A stretch of DNA of 64,000 nucleotides from Pelomyxa schiedti (taxonomy: Eukaryota > Protista > Evosea), in the NCBI GenBank assembly GCA_020536535.1, contig JAHLWZ010000173.1, forward strand, positions 1-64,000, written 5' to 3'. The notes under the pieces are model-generated. The model had not been told where the DNA came from. It ran no database searches and was given only the letters and a program-made list of their open reading frames with translations. A program made the position numbers and the translations under genes. Of this stretch, positions 11,943 to 22,884 are shown one piece after another (position 1 is the stretch's first letter; each line of letters starts with the position of its first letter).

Positions 11943-12628
11943 GCGATGGGAAGTTCTGTATGGGTTTTTTTCTTTTCGGCGCGCCCCAACGGGTTTTTAT
12001 GAACGGCATCGTGGGAATTCTTCACCTCGCCATAAGGTTACAGCCACCCTTGATCACTTCGCCGACGGATCTCTCCAAGGGGTGGTACCGGGCAGTTTGA
12101 CTGGCGGGAAGGAAACAGATGGCTTGCTTGGCATGATCAAGGTCAATTCGCGGCAACTACGCCAGCCGATCTGGCGATCAATCTGAATCAACGAAAGATC
12201 CCCGAAGATCACAGGACAACTCCAAGGAAGAGAATGTAACCCTTTTCACGGTGCATGTCCGAATGTCTTCATTTGGTTCGTGTAAACTTCCGAGATTTGT
12301 GATGGGTCCAATGGCCGGGTTTGGTAGGAACAAAACCACCACGCACTATTTTTGGCGCCATCAGGAAGTAGTTTTGATCCTTGCCTATCAAGATTGATGG
12401 AAATGGACCGATTTTCCGGTAATCAATCATGACGGTTTGACTTTTTCCCATCAAAAAACGGTTAATGGTTTTTTTCAACAGAACTGCACTAGATAAAGGG
12501 GACAATCGACCTTGTGTACCGGTACATTTGTTTTCTCAAAAAAAAAACCCTCTCCGATAACACACACCTGTGTTGTGTTTGCTCGCCACTCAGTGGTCTC
12601 CCTACCTACCTCCTTCAGGAACTCACCG

Positions 12629-14602
12629 ATGACCGAGCCTTCTTCCTTGGTACCGTTCTCCGCCCCCTTTCCCCTGTCGACTAACCGTGCCATCCTGCAG
12701 CCTTCCGTCGCAGCCGTGCCCCTCGCCGTTCCCGGCACTCTGCAGGCGCCGCCGCCGCCCGCTGTGAGCGCTCGCCCGCCGCCCCCGCTCCCGGTCCCCA
12801 ACTCGTCGCCCTCGCCGCCGCTGCCGCCGGCGCTGCCCTGCTGCTCCTTCGACTCGGGCGCCGCGGCCCTGGGCCCGACCGCGGGGCTCCCTGGGATGCT
12901 GTACCCGCTCGAGAGCCCCTGCCCCAGCCCCGCGCTGCCGCCCCCGAGCCCGGGCCCCTTCCCGAGCCTGGGCCTCGGTCTCGCTCTAGGTCCGGGCGGA
13001 ATTGTGGGGCCTCTCGCCAACCCGGGAAACCCGCAGCAGTTCGTAAAAATGCAGCAGCAGATGTCGTATCTGCAGTTATTACTTTTCAAGCTGCGCCTTT
13101 TGAGGCAGATGGAATTGGAACACGTACAACAACACCAACAAGTGGACCCCCAATCGCAAACTCAATCTCAATCTCAATCCCAGTCCCAGTCTCAATCGGA
13201 AACACTCTCACAAACAGCGTCTCACCCACCATCGCAGCAGCAAGCTGCGGAAACGACAAATTCAACTACGAGTTGTACTTCAGCTGATGAAAGCCATCAA
13301 TGCCAAGAACAACAGCCGGACAAACAACATCAATATCTACTGGAACGGCAGCAACTTGAGCAACAGCTGAAGCTGCAAGAGCAAGTGGCTATGATTCTAC
13401 AGCTCCAGAACTGTTTGCAACAGATACCGCAACCTGGACTGTGCTGTCCAAATCAATTGGGAATCCCGGTATATCCAAACATGGTTCCTGGAGCCGAGAC
13501 TGTAGTGGACGATAAGCCACCTATTTTCAATAGGCTGCCACCAGTAGCTGTGAAGCCTGAGTTCTCCCCGAGAATGCCTGTAAAATCTTACCTCCCGACC
13601 GGCTTTTACTCACAGTACGCCTCACCACCTCCACCACAGACACCGCAATCTCCTCTTCCACCGTCCACCCCATCACCACAAATGCAGCCTCTTCACCTCG
13701 AACCATACACACCATATCCGGCTTATCAGCACCCGAACACAGGAGCAAATGTGGAGCCAAGAAGAATCGAGATTGCCCTCTCCTCTTACAAGATTTTCAG
13801 GCACAAAAAGTTTCAGGTATTTCCCCCGCTACGATATTCATAATTCACTGGGAAAAAGATGACGATCAAAATCAACAAAGAACTTAAAAACTCTCTCATG
13901 CTTACAAATGACGATATATACATTGCTGGCCTAAATGCCAAAGTCTGCCGAGAAAAGTCAGACGAAGGTATCCACTTCCTAGGAAGAAAAAAATCCCTAA
14001 CCAAAGCCGCAGAAGTTGAAAGTTGCATGCAATGCTCCCCAAAAAGAAAACTTGTAGTCATAAGTGTTTCACCTCAGTCACCATTTTACCCTGGGATGAT
14101 GAACAAGTCTGCTCTTAGTGCAGATATTGAGGAGTTCGTTTTTGATGAATGCCATTCCAGCTGCTCCAGTTCAAGGTATTGCTCTCATTTCATAAACAAA
14201 ACAACTCACTCACACAACCAGGGACCATCTACATACAGCACTGAGAATTGTTGTGGAACTACAACCAAACCTGATTCTACACTCTTTACCATTTGTTCTA
14301 CAGTCACGTGCCTCACAGAGTACAAGTACTGCACCCCTCTTCACTCCTATGTTAGTACTTATTCATTCCTTCAGAGAAAAACGCTTCACCCAAAGTGCCA
14401 CCTACCCCAGAACCTACAAAAGATGATAGCACCCCCAAATGCAAACCAAGCAAGTTGCGCCGCACATCTCCACAGCAACAGCAACAATTTTGCCAATTGG
14501 ATGGTTAGGTATTCCCTCACAACCACCCTCATTTTTGACACACAGTTTTGCAAACAACAAAGAAAAATAGCTCTATCCGTTGGGATAGAATTAGAACTGT
14601 AG
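12629..14602 (+). CDS. Pro/Gln-rich protein with a C-terminal Cys/His domain; putative Ig-fold Zn-binding transcription factor
   Basis: Long P/Q-rich exon 1 (12629-13816). The spliced domain reads IEIALSSYKIFRHKKFQMTIKI...ESCMQCSPKRKLVV...FVFDECHSSCSSSRDHLHTALRIVVEL...LHSLPFVLQSR. The 3' end is uncertain and the function is inferred. Confidence 0.6.
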
Positions 14603-14739
14603 AATAACAAAAAGAAAATGTGGCGTTTGAAAATTGTGGCGTTTGACACCGTTGCCCGGCGGGTAGAAATTATGATGTTGGGGCGTTAAAGAAGTCATAT
14701 CAAGATCTTACTCTGAGTGTGTCGTGTCCTTCGCTTTGC

Positions 14740-17700
14740 ATGTTGTTCTGTCGAGCCCTCGTATTCCTTCTAGGTTGAAAGAATCAGACCTTACAAATAT
14801 CCTGTGATCCCAACTACACCCCAGGTCTGCGGTTGATTTCTTCGTCACTTACGGGAGTTGAGGTGATTCCCGTGCCGTCTGTTTTTCACACCACTGCGTA
14901 TCCCGTTGAGTGGTTGCAATGCTTTAATGTCACCCATCGTATGGCAAACGATTTCTTCGCATTCTGTGACCGGTTTTTCTTCAGATTCCCCAAATACAGA
15001 GTACACAAGGCGTGTAACAGTTACCTTTGTCGATGCGACTGTCAAGGTACTTAAATACTTCCTTTTTTCCTTATGTAACTCCAAAAGAGTGTAGCTGTTG
15101 CCGAGGCAACTACATCGTCCAGCCTTGATACACGAGCATCTTTCACTACTCAATCGTATTCCTTACTGTTTTAAGGCTCACTAATCACTAACTCCACTCA
15201 CCAGAGCCACTTGGGAGGTTTTTTCTATCGCTCAATCTACAATTTGTAACTTGCCTGTAGTCAACAAGTTCGGGGGAGTGTGCCTTCAAAAACGAGGTTC
15301 GGGTAAGATTTTGTATGCATCTTCAAGTAGCTGTGCCCGGAAATTACTCGGCAACTTTCACAGTGTTCTCTGATGGTTACATATAATATGGTTTGATAGT
15401 GTTAATATCTTTACAGACTGCAAGAAAGGCAGTGGCCCTCACTCTGTTACAAACACCACCGTTTTCTCTGGTTTTTTTTACCTACACTTTACTTTTTCGT
15501 GTAACCTTGTTTTAAGTGGCAACATGTGATGACAACCTGATTTGCACTGGTTGGCATTCTTCCACAAAAATTCTGATTTTCTAACATTCTATTAGACAAC
15601 AAAGCTTTGAAAACAGGCGAGTGCCTGTTTTCATTGCTTCCAGGCTTTTGTCTCATTGAAAACACTTGTATTGAACAGGGTTTTCACCCCAACGAGTGCC
15701 AGGTAATTTCATTTAGTCTCTTTTTTTACTCATTGTGTGAAGTATTGCGATGTAGCAGTTGGTACAAACGAGTGGACAAATACTGTTGACACTGCATGTG
15801 ATGATGGAGATCCTTGCACTACTGGGGATGTTTGTACACAGGGACATTGTATTGGAAAATCTATTTCATGTGATGATAGCATTCCGTGCACAGGTCAAAG
15901 TTCGTTCTTCGAAGTTCTTACTGATTGTTTCAGAGGATACTTGTGAGGAAGGGCACTGTGAACATACTCTGGAAGCTGATAATTGTTTGATTGGGAATTT
16001 ATGCTACCCAGATACTGTTGTAAACCCAAAGAACTTCTGTCAGGTTTTCTTTCATTTTGGAACCAATGAAGTGAAACATGTAAACTGCAGCACTGTGACG
16101 TTGCATTAAATTGGGAAGCCTGGTCATCTCGAGATGGGACCGCCTGTGATGATGGAAACCAGTGTACTCAGAAGGATACATGCATTAATGGTGCCTGTGA
16201 GGGCAGCCCCTACGACTGTAATGACTACCTAGACTGTACGAGTATGTACGGTTGGGTTTTTTTAGCACCCTATTCATTGACATTTTTTAGCTGATCTATG
16301 TTTGGGGGAAGGCACGTGCTCTTTTTATGTGACAGATGGATACGTTGTTACTAGTAACAAGTGTTTTGCTTATGCACAAGAAAACCCTGAGAACTCGTGT
16401 CAGGTATACAATTCTAAACCTTATTCATCTTAACTTCTGAAAGATTGCCAGTCCAAATTCTGAAACACACTGGACAAATAAGTCAAATAGTGTCCCATGC
16501 AATGATAAAGATATGTGTACAGTTGAGGATGCCTGTGTGGATGGAATATGCATAGGGCAAGTAAAGGATTGCAGTGATTCGTTATTTTGTACAAGTTGGT
16601 TTCTGCCTTGAGAAGCTTTTTCGTAATAAGCAGTAGTTGACACTTGCCTTCCCGATGGCACCTGCAATAGTGCAGTAACCTCCCCTTATGGATTGATTGA
16701 GGGGGAATGCCTAAAAGATGGCTCTGTCAATCCTGAAAACTCTTGCCAGGTTCTTACCTTTTATAATGAAAAGGAAGTAACTTACACCTCCTAGTACCTC
16801 AATATATCTCTCTCCAGCATTGAGTGGTCAAATCAGTTGGATAATACTCCCTGTGATGATGGTTCCTTTTGCACACTTGAAGATAGTTGTGAAAGCGGCA
16901 TGTGCGCTGGCACTCCAAATGACTGCAACGATTTCCTTGACTGCACTGGTGTGTAGACTTTCCTTTGAAGATAACTCACTTCAACAAAGAGGATTCATGT
17001 AAGGAGGAAGTTTGCAGGCACATCATAACTGACGGGCGCGGGCTGATTAACGGGATCTGTGTCAATGACGGCGACGAGAATCCACTCAATTTTTGCCAGG
17101 TTTCCTCCATTCATATTTAATAATAGAGTATTTACCTCTCCAGGTCTTTGTCAGCTCTTCTTCTCAAACCAATTGGTCAAATAAACCCGACAATATCTCG
17201 TGTGATGACGGAATTGGGTGCACCAAAAATGATATCTGCCTTTCAGGTTCTTGTGTGGGAATCGGTTACTCTTGTGATGATTCCTTGGATTGCACTTGTA
17301 TGCCTCTCATTTGGTGTATTATTGATAATATGTTGTCCCTGCCCAAATAATATTTTTCACCTGTTCCAAGCTGATGTATGCGAGAACGATGCATGCAAAA
17401 ACGAATTGATTGCCGGCTTCGGACTTATTTCCGGAACCTGTTTTCCAGAGGGATACATCAATCCAGATAATGCGTGCCAAGTGCGAGATTACTCCCTTTC
17501 TTTTCAATCAACTTTAGTAGTTCGTGGACCCAAGCCAGAGCACCACAAAATGGAGCAATAAGCCCGAAAACAGTTTGTGTGACGACAACAATTTGTGCAC
17601 TTCCAATGATGCATGTGTTTCTGGAGAGTGCGTAGGCTCGCTGGTTTACTGTCAGGACAGTTTCTCATGCACGGGTTGTGTCCCCTTATTGTATCTGTTT

Positions 17701-19962
17701 CTCAAAAGCTCATTTGCTTCCAGATGATTCCTGCAACCCACTTGACGGCCAATGCACCTATACACTACGGGAGTCCTATGTTATTTTTCAATCCACCTGT
17801 GTGAAGGAAGGTAGTGAAAACCCAGTCAACCCCTGCCAGGTTTTTCTTGTCACAGTGTCAGTGTAAATTGAGAGCACATTTAGACGTTAAATACATCTGT
17901 CAGTATAACTGAATGGACAAATCGGTCCGATGACACTCCTTGCGATGACGGGCTTGACTGTACTGATAATGATGTTTGTCTATCTGGGAGATGTCAAGGA
18001 ACACCCAATTGCCATGACCTGTTAAATTGCACAAGTACTATCTTGAATTGCCAATTCTGCCTAATATCATTCAAAGCTGATCAATGCTCTCCTGCTGGTT
18101 TTTGTGAATTCATACTTGAGCAAGACTACTTCATTATCGATGGCACTTGCGTCACTGATCACGCACCCAATCCCAGCAATCCATGCAAGGTATGCTCACC
18201 TGATTCTTTTCCGCAATTAAACATGGGAAAAGGTTTTCGATAAAGAAATGAACTCAACAGATTGGTCGGATCTAAGTGGAACCCCCTGTAATGATGGTGT
18301 TGAGTGCACAATCAATGACGTTTGTATAGCTGGCAACTGCTTTGGCATATCAAATTGCAGTGACGACCTCAGTTGTACGGGTTGGCACCTCACGCTTCCT
18401 GTGGAATACTTAACCTTTCCTAAGCTGATTTTTGTCTTTCTACGGGGAAATGCCATTACGAAGTATTAGACGGCTTTGGACTGATCGACGGTAGATGCTA
18501 CCAAGAGGGAGATGAAAATCCGGACAATACTTGTGAAGTGATATCCTATGCATCTACTCCCTACATTATGACACTAAACCAGATCTTTGACCCTAAGTTG
18601 GGCAATGCTACTTGGAGTTTTAAAAGTGACAATACACCTTGTGATGATGGGGTTATCTGTACTACAGATGTATGTATCGCTGGAAAATGTGTTGGAACAA
18701 GTAACTGTGCAGATAATCTTAGTTGCACTGGTAAGACAATCTTCAGTACAGAGACAATCTCAAAACCAACAGATGATACCTGTTCGACTGAAAATGGGTC
18801 ATGTGACTTCCACTTAAGGGAAGGATTTGCCCTCATAAAAGAAGCTTGCTTTTTAAATGGAGAGGAAAACCCGGATAATTCCTGCCAGGTCAATCCTCAT
18901 ATTCTCAAATTTATTAACAATAAGAATATTTTTTAGGTTGTTGATTGCAAAATTAGTACTAACAGTTGGGCAAGAAAAGAAGATGGAACACTCTGTGACG
19001 ACTACAACAACTGCACCAAGAATGATGTATGTGTGTCTGGGTATTGCATTGGTGAAAGTTCCTGTAATGATACCTATTCATGCACTGGTAAATTTCACGA
19101 AGCTGAAAGCAAATCCCAATATTTTTCTACAGATGACCTATGTGAAAATAAATCGTGCTCTCATTCTCTCATACAAGGTTACACAATTTACGATGGACTT
19201 TGTCTCAAAGATGGCGATGAGAACCCTACACAACCCTGTCAAGTAGCCTCAGTTGTATTGTATCAACTGTTATCAATACGCATTCTACAGATTTTTGATG
19301 CGCAGTCTGTTTCATGGTTACCTCTAAAGGATGGAACCGAATGCAACGATAGGAATCCTTGCACGATAAATGATCAGTGCAATACCGGATTTTGTGTGGG
19401 AACCAGTTACAAATGCGATTCAGATTTGGCGTGCATTAGTACGTAAAAACAATAAGAAGCCCACTAATCATTTCAGAGTCCTACACTTGTGATGGAATAG
19501 GAGGATGCATTACTGAGGTACAACCTGATAAATGCCTCATTGATGGAATATGCTATTCCCTGCAGCTTTCCAACCCTGAAAATGAATGCGAGGTACTTAA
19601 TTGCACAATAACCTGCCATACTTACTTATTTCAGTTTTGTAGTCCCACATTTTCTCAAAGCTTGTGGGCAAGCTACGACCAGACGCCGTGCGATGACAAT
19701 AACCATTGCACAACAAACGACCAATGCTCGCACGGGAAATGCGTTGGTACTGCAATTCCCGGCTGCTCTCAATCCGGTCAGTACCATTTTCTATTTGTCT
19801 TTACCTAACAACTTAAAAGAGCCCAGTCCAGAAGACAACGACAATAAATTCCCGTGGTGGGCCATTCTCCTCATTGTAGCGGGTGGATCCTCAGCCATTG
19901 CCGGTGCCTCAATTGGTGCCCTCGTGGCAGTCCGCCGCTACAAAAAAAACCACCATGACTAG
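14740..19962 (+). CDS. Large Cys-rich repeat type I membrane/surface protein (CDDxxxCTxxDxC repeats, Dictyostelium CTDC-like)
   Basis: About 12 modules of about 80-85 aa. C-terminal TM FPWWAILLIVAGGSSAIAGASIGALVAV plus short tail RRYKKNHHD, stop 19960-19962. The start (MLFCRALVFLL) is tentative. Confidence 0.85.
15520..19770 (+). repeat. Tandem array of about 12 two-exon modules (about 300-370 bp period)
   Basis: Each unit has a phase-1 intron after C-T and a phase-0 intron after C-(Q/K/E). Consensus is WxNxxxxxxCDDxxxCTxxDxCxxGxCxG...C.D...CT|xDxC....C........I...C...G..NP.N.CQ|. Confidence 0.85.
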
Positions 19963-20030
19963 AGGTGCAGAGCACAAAGGGGAACCAAAATAAGCTGTGA
20001 ATAATGGAACATTCTCTTTTCCATCTATCT

Positions 20031-22734
20031 TCATTCCACTTTAGTTGTTGTTACTGTTGTGGGTTGTTGTATGTCACCCCCGGTTGCCTGTTGTGTTGGT
20101 ACTGAGACATTGGCTCCCTGAGTGGCACTCGATTCTTGGGAAGAAGCGGGAATGGAAACAGATGAAGGTGCGGGAGTGACTGTGGGAGTCGCATTTGAGT
20201 TTGCAGCTATAGTAGTTGCAGTTGCATTTGAAGTTGAAGTTGTAGAAGGGATTGGTTGGGGTCGGCTATTTTCGGGTGGGAGAATGGATGGGGATGTGGT
20301 ACTTGTAATCATTGCAAGTACCGCGGCTTCAAGGTCATTCCATAGCTGTGTTTCAATAGGGTCTACACTGGAAATCGTTGTTGCTGTTGTGCTGGTTGTT
20401 GACAGTTGTTGCTGGTGCTTATGAAGCTAGTGGGTGGAATGAAGTAAGGTTTTTGTTTTGGAAATGAAAAGCGGATCAATACCAGGTTGCGGATTCGGTA
20501 AACATTTCTTCTTGCATCAGAACTCACTGAGGCAACATCTTCAATAATGGAATCTGTAAATGAATAAAATAAGTTAGTGCCTTTTCCATTTCCTCTTTGG
20601 ATTACCTGTTTCATATGGAACAGAAAGATGGGGCAATAGCATTGAGGGCATTCTTGACAGAAAGACATCGGCTTCAATTGATGACATAGTTCTATGTAAC
20701 CAGTTGGACCACATTCCAGTAACTCCAAACTGCTCTCTCTGTGCGGGCTCTGAAAGAGGCGATAGAGGACTGAGCACCAGTGTTACTGGCTTGGTAACAT
20801 TACTGAAGAGGTATAAACAAGGTATAAGATACTTGAACTTCTAGAGCACCAACGACAGGGAGATTGTTGAAGAAATTCATTGTTGCTTCTACAGTCTCCT
20901 GTAAACACGGTCAGTCTAAATCCACTATACCGAAAGGAACAAGACCCGAGTTTCACCAGGAAAGCCAACTACGAGTGCTGCCCTGACCAATACAGATCTT
21001 TCTAACAATAGAAGTACGCAGCGTCGAATCATCTGGCCAATCAATCCACAATAATAAAAAAGACAAACTAACCTCAACAGTGGTATGCTTGCTCATATTA
21101 CTTAGTACTGTTTGTTCACAGCTCTCAACGCCAATGAATACCAGCCTGCATCCTGATTTTTGCATCAAGTCAGCAATTTCTTCGTCTTGCACAGTATCTG
21201 CTCTGTGTAAGGTTAGTACTTGCGTGGAAAATCATTTAGTCAGCCTCTTCTCATTCTCAACCCCACCCACTAACACTTGTAATAACCACCTCCCTCCTGT
21301 ATCCAATGAAGGTGTGCCTGACAAAAGCTTTCCAAACGACGTGAAGATCACGTTTTATAAGTTCAGTCAGGAATTCCTTTGCAACAGTACGGCTTATAAG
21401 CAGATTGTCATTGGTGAATAAAACCTATAGGTGTCAGGTTGAGACACTCACAGAAGCCACTAGTTACCCTTCTGAGGCCATCTTTCCATGGTGGGATACT
21501 ACTTATAGTCCTAAATATTGATTCGGGACTGCACCTAGTTACCTTGGGGGCAACAGCAGCATAGTCACAAAATGAACATCTAGTGAAGGTGTTGATATTC
21601 TAGAGTGCAACTCCGCCATACTTAAAAGGGCATCCTTGGCCAACTTGGACAGGGTACCAGGGAACTGGGAATGGAGGAACTGGAATTCTCGACCAATCAA
21701 CCTCACAGTCATTGGGTTCTTCTTCTAAAACTGGTACAGAAGGTCAAAGATATTACACCAAGGGAGGTAGAACTTGTGGGGATAGTGAAATTGCCAATAT
21801 TTCTTTGATACCAAGATACATTTGGAAGTTTTCTCCACTGGCCATCGTTCTAGTTGTGGCCCTGAGGAAAATAAATAGAAGAAAGGGAAATACCTTAAGC
21901 AAACTGTTGATCAATTTCGCCACAGTTCTTTCGCCATACAAACTTACTATGAGGTAGTCTACTGCTGAGTTGAAAGGCTCAGCTGAAAATAGTAAAGTGT
22001 CATTCAGTTCGAAATTATCAATTTCTTTTTCTTTCAAGTAAAGTTTGTAGGACCTGGAGAGAAAAATTATAATCTCTATCTCTGACAAAGGCAATGGAAT
22101 ACTTGAAGACACGCATTCCCCCGGCAATTACAATAATGGAGGGATTCACCAATTTTGCATGAAGAGCAATTTTTTCTGCAAACTGCCTTTATAAAATATC
22201 AGGAACTCTATCCCAAGTGTCTACTTTTGGGAACACACCAAGTGGCAGTTAGAGTTGTACTTAGCAGGAGTATCTTTGAGGAAGAGACTGCAGCCTCGAA
22301 CTGTGGTCGAGTGGAGCGGGAGTAGGAAAACATGACAGTGGTCGAAAGACCACAATTTCTCTCCACTTCTTGAGCAATGCGGGCAGCTCCAAGCATTAGG
22401 TGAGCATGTTTTCTTCCATTCTCAACAACACTCTGCGCTGCCTCTGCATTCTATTTTTCAATTTAGAGTTTCGGAGTGTTCAGGGAGGGAAAAAAAGAAA
22501 AGAAAGAACACCAACCTTTCCATTTGTAAAGTACTCACAAAGAAAAGGAATACTTGCAATATAACGACCTTCAACTAACAGAGGGTCGTCAATCACTAGT
22601 GGGTTCTCTAAAATCAAAGCAAGTGAGTCTCCCTGAAGAACTTCTTTCTTTTTCGGACTTGCACCATAAACCCATAATAAACAAAAAGCAAGGGACAAAC
22701 CAGCCATTTCCGAAGCACCAACAACAAGAGCCAT
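20031..22734 (-). CDS. Cobalamin-binding radical SAM protein (class B methyltransferase-like), multi-intron
   Basis: B12-binding-like ILLLSTT...AKLVNPSIIVIAGG; CxxxCxxC motif GQGCPFK|CSFCDY split by intron 21580-21621; FTNDNL, WKAFVRAD, LMQKSGCRLVFIGVES and LVVGFPGET; Thr/Ser-rich tail. Confidence 0.88.
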
Positions 22735-22884
22735 CACCTCGGTCGAATTATGGTTTTCGTGTCGTCCTTCGGCGAAGTTCTTTTTTCGCTTTTTCCAATC
22801 ACACTAAGGGGAAAAAACTTGAACAGGGTTCCAAATCACCATTTTGTTGGTCACAGAATAAACACAGGCAGAGGAGAGAACTCT

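Noticed and set aside
12047-12215. GGGCAGTTTGACTGG resembling the LSU rRNA P-loop region, within a GATC-rich stretch with a short inverted repeat
   Set aside because: The match is only about 15 nt, there is no further rRNA similarity, and no C/D boxes are positioned for a snoRNA guide.
15520-19770. Regular periodicity suggestive of a CRISPR array or satellite
   Set aside because: The periodicity is at the protein and exon level, with no identical DNA repeats or spacers.
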